The notes below the pieces were generated by a model that did no database searches, was not told the DNA's origin, and saw nothing but the letters and a program-made list of their open reading frames with translations. A DNA stretch of 64,000 nucleotides. Origin: Selenomonadaceae bacterium. Lineage in GTDB: Bacteria > Vulcanimicrobiota > Xenobia > Xenobiales > JADMJV01. Location of the stretch: the NCBI GenBank assembly GCA_037189585.1, contig JBBCJA010000012.1, positions 133,332 through 197,331 on the forward strand, in the 5' to 3' direction. Below are positions 9,564 through 18,605 of the stretch, piece after piece (the first letter of the stretch is position 1; each line of letters opens with the position of its first letter). Both the position numbers and the translations under genes were made by a program.

Positions 9564-9901
9564 GCGCCATCACCACCCACATTCTCGATACCTCGATCGG
9601 AAAGCCCGCCGTCGATGTCCCTGTCATTCTCGACTATCTCGAGGATGGAGACTGGCAGCGTATCGGCAAAGGTCGCACCGACTCCGACGGTAGGGTCAAA
9701 ACGCTCATCCCTACGGAGCGCGAGTTTGTCCCTGGCCTCTATCGGTTGGAATTCCGAACCACCGACTATTTTCAAGCTCGAGGGGTCAAAAGTTTCTACC
9801 CCTACGTGCAGATCGTGTTCACCGTGGAGGATATCGGCAGCCACTATCACGTGCCGTTGCTGCTCAACCCCTTCGGCTACTCGACCTATCGCGGGTCCTA
9901 G
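9560..9901 (+). CDS. uraH: 5-hydroxyisourate hydrolase (transthyretin-like)
   Basis: N-terminal ITTHILDTSIGKPA, YHVPLLLNPFGYSTYRGS at the C-terminus, and 113 aa in length. It has an ATGA overlap with the upstream gene. Confidence 0.9.
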   Translation: MSAITTHILDTSIGKPAVDVPVILDYLEDGDWQRIGKGRTDSDGRVKTLIPTEREFVPGLYRLEFRTTDYFQARGVKSFYPYVQIVFTVEDIGSHYHVPLLLNPFGYSTYRGS

Positions 9902-9913
9902 AGGTCACGACGC

Positions 9914-11113
9914 ATGAACGCCGCCGCTCTGGATTGGGCCAATCTCCTCATTCGCTGGTTCCACGTCATCGCCGGGATCTGGTGGATCGGTAGCTCGCTC
10001 TACTTCGTCTGGTTGGACAACTCGTTCGAACCGTGCAAAGAGCCGCGCGACGGCGTGGACGGAGAGACCTTCATGGTACATGGCGGCTTCTACTATCTGG
10101 TGGAAAAGCGCCGAATGCAGCCCGGTAAAATGCCGGAAAAGCTGCACTGGTTCAAATGGGAGGCGACCTTCACCTGGATTTCCGGGATGATGCTCTTGAT
10201 CGTGGCCTACTATCTGACCGGTGGAAGCGCGCTGATCGACAAAAACGTGGCCGATCTGACTCTACCGATGGCTGTCGGCGCCTCCCTGGGGTTGGTCATC
10301 GGATGCTGGCTAGTCTACGACCTGATGTGGCAAACCATTGGGAAGGCCAACGAGAAGGTCGGCACGGCCCTTTCCATCCTCGGCCTGGTCGGGCTAGCCT
10401 ACGGGCTCACCCACCTTTTCTCCGGACGTGCCGCCTTCATTCACTTCGGCGCGATCCTGGGTACCATCATGGTGGCCAACGTCTGGATTCGCATCCTGCC
10501 TGGGCAACAAAAGATGCTCGACGACGCTATGGCGGGGCGCACCCCCGACTACTCGGCGGGCAAATACGCCAAGGTTCGCAGCGTCCACAATTCCTACATG
10601 ACCTTTCCGGTCATCTTCATGATGATCTCCAACCACTACGCCAGTACCTTTGGGAACCCGCACAACTGGCTGGTGATTCTTCTACTTTTCATCCTGGGCG
10701 CTGGAGTCCGCCACCATCAGATCACCTCTGAACGAGGACACCCCGAACGTTGGGTCCTGGTTCCCGCGATGCTCTCTCTAGGCGCGTTGGTCTTTTTGAC
10801 CACAGCCAAAACTGGTGCTCCGACCGTGGTTGCCGGAGGAGAGAGCCAGGTCACCTTCGCTGAGGCTCAGACCATCGTCTACAGCCGCTGCACCCCATGT
10901 CACGCCACCCATCCGTTCCATCCGACCTACAAGATCACCGCCCCGCCTAAAGGTGTCGTGTTTGAAACACCCGAGCAAGTCGAGTCGCAAGCTCAGGTGA
11001 TCTACGAACAGTCGGTCAAGACCAAAATCATGCCGTTCGGTAACCTGACGAAGATGACTCAGGATGAACGAGACACCCTGGGCCGCTGGATAGCGCAACA
11101 GGGAGGGCGCTAA
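9914..11113 (+). CDS. puuD: membrane urate hydroxylase PuuD with a C-terminal cytochrome c domain
   Basis: WANLLIRWFHVIAGIWWIGSSLYFVWLDN, multiple TM helices, and a CTPCH heme-binding motif near the C-terminus. Confidence 0.8.
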   Translation: MNAAALDWANLLIRWFHVIAGIWWIGSSLYFVWLDNSFEPCKEPRDGVDGETFMVHGGFYYLVEKRRMQPGKMPEKLHWFKWEATFTWISGMMLLIVAYYLTGGSALIDKNVADLTLPMAVGASLGLVIGCWLVYDLMWQTIGKANEKVGTALSILGLVGLAYGLTHLFSGRAAFIHFGAILGTIMVANVWIRILPGQQKMLDDAMAGRTPDYSAGKYAKVRSVHNSYMTFPVIFMMISNHYASTFGNPHNWLVILLLFILGAGVRHHQITSERGHPERWVLVPAMLSLGALVFLTTAKTGAPTVVAGGESQVTFAEAQTIVYSRCTPCHATHPFHPTYKITAPPKGVVFETPEQVESQAQVIYEQSVKTKIMPFGNLTKMTQDERDTLGRWIAQQGGR

Positions 11114-11183
11114 CATCTCTTCTTCCGAGTTTCATACCGAGCATCTCGAGCGCGGCGGAACCCTGGTTTCGTGGGACGGATTC

Positions 11184-13292
11184 GTGGCCCAGATCGGAGC
11201 CCATCCCGAGACCATCAAGGACACGATGAAGGGAGCCACGGGCGTCCCCAATCTGTTCATACTGCCCAGCACGCTCTTTGATATCAACAACGCTATCTCT
11301 TTAGGAGAACTGGAGTTTCCGCTCTACTACAATTACTATCTGAAAGGCCAAAAGCTTCGCTTTATGTGCCGTCGAGAGCAGCAGCGTCCTCTTTTCCGAC
11401 TGCTCAAGGAAGCCGTCTTCGGCCCCAGCTCTTTTCGCTTAGAGCGAGAGTTCCCACGAGGTCGGGCCACTCCGGGACTGCCCAATCTCAAGGCCGAAGC
11501 CAACTTTTACAAGTTCGTTCGCGGACGACGACTCAAGTTGTCCGATTTCATCGATCCGATCACCATCGAGACCGATCGCCCCGTCACCATCGACGGAGTC
11601 ACTATTACCCCGCTTGAGGACGACGATTTCCGTTTCGAAAAAGACGGCGAGCGACACACCGTGGCCTTCAAACCGCTGGAGCCTCCGGTTTTTTCCCACG
11701 ACGGCGGCACCGACTTCGTTCCTCCCGACTTTGGCATCACGGTCCTGGGCGCCGGCCACGGCTTTGATGTCAACAGCCGGACCTCGGGCTTCATCATCTG
11801 GATCGACGGGCGTGGACTGCTGGTCGACCCTCCGGTCCACACCACCTCCTGGATGAAGGCTCATAGCCTGGACCAGCGACTGGTCGAAGACATTCTCCTG
11901 ACTCATTGTCATGCCGACCACGACTCCGGCACCCTGCAAAAAGTGATGGAAGAGGGACGCGTTCGCCTTCACACCACACCCACCGTGGAAGAAAGCTTTG
12001 TCCGTAAATATCGCAGCCTGCTAGGGCTCGACAGCCGTGAACTGGAGACTCTATTCGATTTCCAGCCTCTGCTGGTTGGACCAAAGATCAACATTTTAGG
12101 AGCCCGATTTCGTTTTTGGTACACCCTTCATCCCATCCCTACCCTGGGCTTTGAGGCCGAGCATCGCGGAAAGCGGTTCGCCTATTCCTGCGACACACTC
12201 TACGACCCGGAGGTCTACCGGGAGCTCTTTGAGGAAGGGGTCATCACCGAAAGCCGGCGAGAGAGCCTGGAAAATTTCCCCTGGGACGCCGACCTGATCT
12301 TTCATGAAGCGGGCATGCCGCCCATCCACACCCCCATCTCGGTGCTGGCCGAGCTTCCCCAGGATGTCCGCGATCGGCTCTTTTTGACCCACGTTTCCGA
12401 CGATATCGTGGGTGACGAAACGCGTCTCAAGGTCTGCCCCACGGGTCTCGACGACACCATTATCATGCTCCCCCACAGTCGCCACCGGGAGGGTCGGGAA
12501 GTGGCTGTGGAGCTTCTGGACATTCTGCTCCACGCTGAAATCTTCAATGAGTGCGCTCTGCAAAAGAGCTTGGAGTTTCTCCAGATCGCGAATTTCCTGG
12601 ACCTGCCCGCTGGGCACGAGGTGGTCAAAGCGGGAGAATGGGGAGACTTCTTCTTTTTAGTCTCTCAGGGTGAAGTGGCGGTCCATAGAGACGGACAGTT
12701 GGTACGAACGCTTCGCCGCTTCGATTTTTTCGGAGAGATGGCCATCGTCTTGGATCTCCCCCGCTTTGCCACCGTCATGACAGTCACCGACTGCGAGTTG
12801 GTAACCATCGCTCGCTCGGACTTTCTAAAGTTTATCGCCAACACCGAGCTTCCGGGACTTTTGCGCCGCGTCGCTCTCAACAAGATGAACGACCTCTGGC
12901 CTGTGATGAAGGCCAACCGTGGTCTGGCTCCCCTGTCTCCCTTTCAGCGGGGACAACTGCTGTCGATACTCGAGGCGCGGGACTGCCAACCTGGCGAAGT
13001 GCTTTACTCCGCGGGAGGCCTCCCCTTAGAGCTCTACCTCATCGCCGAGGGGCGGGTCAAATTGACCCGCTCTGACGGCGTGGCGAAGGAGGTGGGACGC
13101 GGAGCCTTGTTGGGCCGGTTTCCGGAGCCGGACCGTCTGATAACTCACGAAGTCAGTGCTATCGTGCTCGAGCCGACCCGACTATTCGTGGCGCCCCTGA
13201 CCCAGCTGAGAGGCTTCTTTCGACGCAATCCGGGAACTTTCGTCCGTCTATCCCGTGCCCTTCGCAACGACACATTCGCTCACACCTGGTAG
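11184..13292 (+). CDS. metallo-beta-lactamase-fold hydrolase fused to two cyclic-nucleotide-binding domains
   Basis: LLTHCHADHDSG (HxHxDH), then two cNMP-binding modules (FFGEMAIVLDLPRFATVMT and a second one around GEVLYSAGG..LIAEGRVKL..GRGALLG). The start is ambiguous: GTG at 11184 or ATG at 11226. Confidence 0.75.
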   Translation: MAQIGAHPETIKDTMKGATGVPNLFILPSTLFDINNAISLGELEFPLYYNYYLKGQKLRFMCRREQQRPLFRLLKEAVFGPSSFRLEREFPRGRATPGLPNLKAEANFYKFVRGRRLKLSDFIDPITIETDRPVTIDGVTITPLEDDDFRFEKDGERHTVAFKPLEPPVFSHDGGTDFVPPDFGITVLGAGHGFDVNSRTSGFIIWIDGRGLLVDPPVHTTSWMKAHSLDQRLVEDILLTHCHADHDSGTLQKVMEEGRVRLHTTPTVEESFVRKYRSLLGLDSRELETLFDFQPLLVGPKINILGARFRFWYTLHPIPTLGFEAEHRGKRFAYSCDTLYDPEVYRELFEEGVITESRRESLENFPWDADLIFHEAGMPPIHTPISVLAELPQDVRDRLFLTHVSDDIVGDETRLKVCPTGLDDTIIMLPHSRHREGREVAVELLDILLHAEIFNECALQKSLEFLQIANFLDLPAGHEVVKAGEWGDFFFLVSQGEVAVHRDGQLVRTLRRFDFFGEMAIVLDLPRFATVMTVTDCELVTIARSDFLKFIANTELPGLLRRVALNKMNDLWPVMKANRGLAPLSPFQRGQLLSILEARDCQPGEVLYSAGGLPLELYLIAEGRVKLTRSDGVAKEVGRGALLGRFPEPDRLITHEVSAIVLEPTRLFVAPLTQLRGFFRRNPGTFVRLSRALRNDTFAHTW

Positions 13293-13331
13293 CAGGGGAC
13301 TCGCACGACGGGAGACGAACCAATTCATACA

Positions 13332-14594
13332 GTGGAGATGGAAACCTACATAGAAGGTCAACGTGACCAAGGTCAACTAGACTCCCAAGGGGTCTTCACT
13401 CTCGACACCCTCGCCGCGCTCCGGATCACGCTAGCATCCTCCCTTCCCGAACCTCACTACTATCTCTTCTTACTTGTCCAGGGTTTGCTGGCCGGAGGAG
13501 CCAGTTCCATCGAGGTGGCGATCGGTCGCCATTCGACCCGGTTAGGATTTGACGACCCTCACGACCTCTTCACCGATCTTGAAGCCATGCGAGAGCGCCT
13601 GTGGCGCGGGCTCACCCTCTCTTCACCCAACCCCCGAGACATGGTCCTGGCTGGGATGGCGACCTCGGTGGGGCAAGAGATGGACAGGGCCGATCTTCTT
13701 GGGCCTAATCCCGATGGAGAGACCAACGTGTCACTCGAAATCAGCCTTCGCCAAGCTCAGGTGGTGGAGCATCCCGGAGGCCGCCCGACCAGCCATTCAA
13801 CAATTTTTCTGCATCGCAACGTCTCGCAAAGCCAGAGCTTCGCCTGGACCAGGGTCTGGGGGGGGCGGCGGGAGGAAGGGGAGGTCCTACGGCGCTTCGA
13901 GCACGCCGACCCTCCGGTGAAGGTTGCCGGACTGGCAACCTCGCCGGCCCCGCTTTGGCCGGACGGCATCGATCCGGTGGGCTCGCTCGGTCCGATCATC
14001 TTGCTGGAAGGGGCAATCCTGGCTTCCCCGGGACAACCGGCTCATCGCGCTCACTCGACCCATCCCATGCTGCCGGCGGTGGATGAGCTTGGCGAGGAGA
14101 TCTCCCCCGAACTCAACAGCCGTCTCAGCCAAACAGCGTCCCTAGCCCAAGGCGAGCCTCTCCTACCTCGCTGTCTTTTTCGGCGCGCCTTCTCTGGTTC
14201 GGGCGACATTCTGGTCGGAGACCTCGCGCCAGAGACCTGGCGGCAGCGCCGGTGGACCTTCTTTTTCACTTCCCACCGACAAAGTCTGGCCTGTGTCACC
14301 TGGGTCCGGTATGGAATGACCATGGAGCGCCAGATGGTGGACATGGGTTGGTCCGGGCTCTACCTGATCGCCCCCGCCGAGGAGCTGGATGTCGACGCCA
14401 GCGGATTCAGCCTGGTTCACAACGCCAAGTTAGAACAGCGTCTGGAAGAAGGTCGTGCCTTGCTAAACCGCGTCGCGGCCTCGATTAACACCACCGACTT
14501 GTCTCAACTGATGGAACGGCTGGGAAAGCCTCAAGAGACTGAGCTCGTGGGCAAGGCCTTCCCCTGGCTCAGCGACTCCACACCCGGCCTCTAA
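13332..14594 (+). CDS. uncharacterised protein, copy A of a two-member family in this window
   Basis: Codon usage is good. It shares GQLDSQGVFTL..LPEP..VQ..AS and a C-terminal V(R/H)xG block with the ORF at 52638-54011. It lies 40 nt downstream of the MBL-cNMP gene on the same strand. Confidence 0.6.
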   Translation: MEMETYIEGQRDQGQLDSQGVFTLDTLAALRITLASSLPEPHYYLFLLVQGLLAGGASSIEVAIGRHSTRLGFDDPHDLFTDLEAMRERLWRGLTLSSPNPRDMVLAGMATSVGQEMDRADLLGPNPDGETNVSLEISLRQAQVVEHPGGRPTSHSTIFLHRNVSQSQSFAWTRVWGGRREEGEVLRRFEHADPPVKVAGLATSPAPLWPDGIDPVGSLGPIILLEGAILASPGQPAHRAHSTHPMLPAVDELGEEISPELNSRLSQTASLAQGEPLLPRCLFRRAFSGSGDILVGDLAPETWRQRRWTFFFTSHRQSLACVTWVRYGMTMERQMVDMGWSGLYLIAPAEELDVDASGFSLVHNAKLEQRLEEGRALLNRVAASINTTDLSQLMERLGKPQETELVGKAFPWLSDSTPGL

Positions 14595-15679
14595 GGACCT
14601 CCGCCTACCTCGACCGGTTGTCCCAAAACCCGTCGCCACAACGCCCACCAGGGAAATTCACGAAGTTCACGAGGTCGACCGCCGCGGCGAAAATCTTCAT
14701 AGGGACCGCTGTCGGAGACCGGCAACAGCGCGAATCGGAAAAGATAGTCATCACCTTGGGGGTCGACGGGAAAAAGCCAGCTCTTGAGTCTGCCGAACCT
14801 TAAATCGATAAAGTAGGGTTCACCGTTGACGAGATCTAAGCGATAAAACCCGCGAGAGAACCAGAGCAGCCTCCGCTCCGCCTTCCCCTGACCGAAGTTC
14901 TTCAGAAGGTCTCGATTCTTGGGGATTCTTTGCCACACGATCGGTCGCTCGAAAGAGTCCAAAAGCGAACTGTCGGCTACCCAGACGTCGTCTCCGGTAT
15001 CGGCCAACCCGTACCACAAAATGCTATTGAACGGGGTGTTCACGCTGATCAGTTGCTGATAAGCGATCCCCTGCTCTTGCAACGAGCGGTCAAAGCGGGA
15101 CAACACCGCGTACTTGGAACCCAGAGTCAAGACCAGGTAAAGGGTGGAAAAGAGCAGTCCGGCTCTCACCCCCTTCGGACTGTAGGGGCGTTCGCCGCGA
15201 CTGACAAAAAGTGTCCACAGCAAACCGAGCGCCAACGGGAGGGTATAGAGCGGATCGATGATAAAGACCGAGCCGATGTTGACGGGATAGTTGCTGAAGG
15301 GAAGAAAAACCTGAGTTCCATAGGTGGTCAGCGAGTCGAGCATCCAGTGAGTGTTGAGCCCCAGCCAGACAAAGAGATTCCACTGCCGCCACGACACGTC
15401 GTAGCGACGGAAGACCCGCGCCAAAAGCCAGGCTAGGAGCGGAGTCAGCACTGTACAAAAGAAGAGGGAGTGACTGACTCCCCGGTGGAATCCCAAAGCT
15501 TGAGGACCCGTCAGATAACGGCGAAAAATGATATCGAGGTCGGGAAGTGTTCCCACTAATCCGCCCAATCCGAAAGGCGCGAGCCGAAAAGCGACCTTTC
15601 CTTCCCCAGGCTGACCCGTTCTCTTAAGAGTGCTCTCGCCCACGGCCGCGCCGAGTACAAACTGTGTGATCGAATCCAT
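14591..15679 (-). CDS. membrane-bound metal-dependent hydrolase (YdjM/DUF457-like) with a C-terminal extension
   Basis: Starts MDSITQFVLGAAVGE (ATG at 15679). It has several TM helices with His-rich loops (HRGVSHS, HWMLD). The longer track ORF to 15784 would overlap the upstream gene. Confidence 0.6.
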   Translation of the reverse strand: MDSITQFVLGAAVGESTLKRTGQPGEGKVAFRLAPFGLGGLVGTLPDLDIIFRRYLTGPQALGFHRGVSHSLFFCTVLTPLLAWLLARVFRRYDVSWRQWNLFVWLGLNTHWMLDSLTTYGTQVFLPFSNYPVNIGSVFIIDPLYTLPLALGLLWTLFVSRGERPYSPKGVRAGLLFSTLYLVLTLGSKYAVLSRFDRSLQEQGIAYQQLISVNTPFNSILWYGLADTGDDVWVADSSLLDSFERPIVWQRIPKNRDLLKNFGQGKAERRLLWFSRGFYRLDLVNGEPYFIDLRFGRLKSWLFPVDPQGDDYLFRFALLPVSDSGPYEDFRRGGRPRELREFPWWALWRRVLGQPVEVGGGP

Positions 15680-15698
15680 CGACCTCGAAATTCGTGCT

Positions 15699-16673
15699 CT
15701 AAGCCAGCGCCCCTGGCTGCCCTCCAAGGGCTCGAGAGACGCCCGAGTCGCACCTCTTCGCTCCTCTCTGGGGAATGATCTCACGTCCTCGAACGTGAGC
15801 TACCGCTTGGGTCAACTCCGCCCCGAAAAGCAAGATCATGCTGGAGTAGTAAACCCAGAACAAGATAAGGACGAGAGCACCGGCGCTACCATAGTCCGCG
15901 CTAAAGTCCGTACGACCCAGGTACCAGCCCAGAATGAATTTTCCCACCAGAAAGAGTAGCGCCGTGATGAAGGCGCCTCGCCAGACATCTTTCCAATAGA
16001 CCTCGACGTCGGGCAGAAACTTGAACAAGAGCGCGAAGAGGCAAGTTATGGTGATGAGCGATATGGTTCCGTCCGCCAAACTGGTCATCCCCACACCCCA
16101 GCCCATTCGGTCTTCTAGCCAATGGCTCGCCGCCGAGATGAAAGCGGAAAGGACTAGCGAGATCAAGAGCAAGAAGCCGCTCCCCAGGACCACGGTCATG
16201 CTGAGAACCCGCTTGATGATGGTCTGCATCCAGCCAGCGTCCGGGTCCGGCTCCACATCCCAGACGCGATTGAGCGCCTTCTGAAGCTGAACGAAAAAGC
16301 CGCTGGCGCCCAACAGAAGGACGAGCATCCCTATGTAGGCGGCAGTTCCGTTAGGAGCGTTCGAGCGACGCTCGATGATGGACGAGATGGTCTCCGCGGT
16401 TTCTTGTCCAAACATCGTTTGAACCTGGCCCACCAACTGCTGAGCCGCGTCCGGACCCGAAAAAACGATGCTCAAAATCGCGGTCAGCACGACAACCAGA
16501 GGCGGAATCGCGGTGACGGCGTAAAAAGAGAGAGCCGCGGCCGTTGAAGCCGCGTCCTGGTCGGAAAAATCCTTAGCCGCTTTTTTGAAGGTGGCCAAAG
16601 CCGTGCTACTGTCCATGGACCGATTATCCGCTTTTTCCAAAGCTTGATCTATTGTATGACCAACCGTAGACAC
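15699..16673 (-). CDS. YihY/BrkB-family membrane protein
   Basis: QDAASTAAALSFYAVTAIPPLVVVL and the C-terminal YGSAGALVLILFWVYYSSMILLFGAEL are hallmarks of the family. Confidence 0.8.
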   Translation of the reverse strand: MSTVGHTIDQALEKADNRSMDSSTALATFKKAAKDFSDQDAASTAAALSFYAVTAIPPLVVVLTAILSIVFSGPDAAQQLVGQVQTMFGQETAETISSIIERRSNAPNGTAAYIGMLVLLLGASGFFVQLQKALNRVWDVEPDPDAGWMQTIIKRVLSMTVVLGSGFLLLISLVLSAFISAASHWLEDRMGWGVGMTSLADGTISLITITCLFALLFKFLPDVEVYWKDVWRGAFITALLFLVGKFILGWYLGRTDFSADYGSAGALVLILFWVYYSSMILLFGAELTQAVAHVRGREIIPQRGAKRCDSGVSRALGGQPGALA

Positions 16674-16679
16674 CCTATC

Positions 16680-17513
16680 CTAGGGAATGCATCCGATCAC
16701 CGGAGAAGGGCTCGCGTTCACCTCGCTGCCGAAACCCGCGGCGTTGCGATGGCCTCCTCCTCCAAAAGCCGAGGCCACCTGACTCACGTCGAATTCACCG
16801 ATGGAACGAAGCGACCAGGCCAGGCTTTCTCCTTTATTGTAGTAGACGGCGGCGAAAGCCGCTTCGGGAAACTTCCGGCACAGTTCATCGCCGATCTCGC
16901 TTTGAAAAAGACACGAGTTGCTGGCCGGAACATGATGCCCGGCGAGCTCTATCCAGTGAGCTTTCTTCACCGCTCGCTCGATCAGGCTGGTCTGGAATCC
17001 CAGTAGGCTGCGGCCGGCAATTTTGAGGGTCTCCACATCAAGCCTCGCCCACTGAGCGAAGTCAAACGGGATCTGGGTCAAGGCTAAGGCGACCTCTCGA
17101 CTCTCCGGCAGCTTCCAACGCCAGAGGTCTCGGTCTTCCACGTAGGCGAAGGCTTCAGGAAAAGGAGTCTCGGGGTGCCAGTACTCCCATGCTATGCGAG
17201 CTCCCGACTTTCCCATGTCAAACAGCGCGAAATCGAGTCCCTGGAGGTCGACGGCCGCGGAGCGATGATGGTCCAAGACGATCAGCGATTCCACCCGCCC
17301 GGCCAGCTCCAACAGGGCTTCACGAGGGTAGGCGAAGTCCACGATGGCAAGCTTCGCCCCGGATGAGATTTCAGGAAGCGGCGAGCCGTGGCGAACCGGA
17401 GTGTAGCTGGACTGCTCGCCTAAAACAAGCCAGGCCGCGGTGGCCGCGGCGAATCCGTCGGCGCAGTTGGCGTGATACCAGACATCGGTAATGGAGCGTG
17501 GATCGATCAGCAT
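16680..17513 (-). CDS. DHH/DHHA1-family phosphoesterase
   Basis: HANCADGFAAA, IVLDHHRSA (DHH motif), GGGGHRNAAGF (DHHA1 GGGH motif). Confidence 0.7.
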   Translation of the reverse strand: MLIDPRSITDVWYHANCADGFAAATAAWLVLGEQSSYTPVRHGSPLPEISSGAKLAIVDFAYPREALLELAGRVESLIVLDHHRSAAVDLQGLDFALFDMGKSGARIAWEYWHPETPFPEAFAYVEDRDLWRWKLPESREVALALTQIPFDFAQWARLDVETLKIAGRSLLGFQTSLIERAVKKAHWIELAGHHVPASNSCLFQSEIGDELCRKFPEAAFAAVYYNKGESLAWSLRSIGEFDVSQVASAFGGGGHRNAAGFGSEVNASPSPVIGCIP

Positions 17514-17522
17514 GGCCCGAGG

Positions 17523-18503
17523 CTACCGGTCGGTGGTCAACTTACCGTCGACCACCGTCATCGGACGCTCTTTCACTTGAGGGCTCTCCCAGCTGTTGAG
17601 GTCGAACGTCTCTCCCGCCTTAAGAGAGGTCACGTTGAGGTCTTGGAAGGTTAAGGGGCGTCCCTGTTCACAGACCTCTGGCTGTCCGGCCGACCGCACC
17701 CAATGCACTCCGCCCTTTCCTACCACGCGCGAACTTCCGTCCTGCGAGACCAGGGCCGCCGTTCCTTCGTCGACTCCGACACCACGCATCGTGGGCAACT
17801 CCTCGTCTTTTTGCAGTCGCCCCATAAACGAAACCAGGCGACCCATTCGGTCCCGCTCGGAAAAATGACTGTCGGTGATCAGGCCTTCGAGGACCGGAGC
17901 CCTTAAAAAATCGCTAGAGAGAGTGATCTTCTCACTGTAAGGATCGGCCAGAGCTTCCTCCGGTGTTACCGTGTTCTTCTCGGCGGTGAAGACGTGCTGG
18001 CCTAAAACTGCTAGTCCGGCGGAGGTGCCTCCGATGGGGACCCCTTTGAGAATAGCGGCGTTCAAGGCATCCAGCAAGGCGCTATCCTTCCACTTGCCGA
18101 CATAGTTCCACTGGTCGCCGCCGGCAAGAAATACCGCTTCCGCCTTCTCTACGCGCTCCACCACGAAAGGATCGTTAGCGGCCTGGGCGTCCTTGATGAC
18201 CAGTGTTTGCACGGAATTGGCTTCGGTGATGTCGTCGAGATACTGTTGATAGCCGTCCCCGCCGCTACCGCGTAAGACGAGGAAATCTCCGTGACCGCCC
18301 TTTGTGTCCATCCACTGGAAGGCCTCGTCCACATCCCCCCCGCCGCCCATCAGGACAAATCCGCCCTCGGTCTTGGGAGTGGCGTCGCTCGTGTTTCCGC
18401 GCTGGAAGTAAGTGTAGTGCTCGGTATGTCGTGAAGTGAGTGTCAGCATATTCGGGTCCGCGCCACCGACTAAGATCAGAAGCGCGAGAAGAAGTCTATT
18501 CAT
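17523..18503 (-). CDS. secreted peptidase S51 (cyanophycinase-like)
   Basis: Signal peptide MNRLLLALLILVGGA, followed by LMGGGGDVDEAFQWM, VFLAGGDQWNYV and PIGGTSAGLAVLG (the Ser nucleophile context). Confidence 0.65.
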   Translation of the reverse strand: MNRLLLALLILVGGADPNMLTLTSRHTEHYTYFQRGNTSDATPKTEGGFVLMGGGGDVDEAFQWMDTKGGHGDFLVLRGSGGDGYQQYLDDITEANSVQTLVIKDAQAANDPFVVERVEKAEAVFLAGGDQWNYVGKWKDSALLDALNAAILKGVPIGGTSAGLAVLGQHVFTAEKNTVTPEEALADPYSEKITLSSDFLRAPVLEGLITDSHFSERDRMGRLVSFMGRLQKDEELPTMRGVGVDEGTAALVSQDGSSRVVGKGGVHWVRSAGQPEVCEQGRPLTFQDLNVTSLKAGETFDLNSWESPQVKERPMTVVDGKLTTDR

Positions 18504-18605
18504 CGTCCTTTGCCTATTCTACGTCAAATCTTGCGACAGATTGTTTCCGAGGTGTGAATGTCGTTGAAGAAATGAGATTGCGACGGTGGCCCAGAAGAGC
18601 GACGA

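Noticed and set aside
13440-13530. The idea that the shared LPEP..VQ..(G/K)AS..I block of the two unknown-family proteins is a degenerate GHKL/MutL-type ATP-binding N-box (compare VENSLDAGAT-I).
   Set aside because: The essential Glu and Asn of the N-box are not present in either copy, and no G1/G2 boxes are evident. The resemblance is too loose without profile or structure evidence.
18504-18605. A possible SAM riboswitch upstream of metA, and a possible purine riboswitch in 6650-6786 upstream of the uricolysis operon.
   Set aside because: The spacers are short (102 and 137 bp) and shared with divergent genes. I could not find the conserved cores of the SAM-I/II or guanine/adenine aptamers by eye. 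An Infernal/Rfam scan would settle this.
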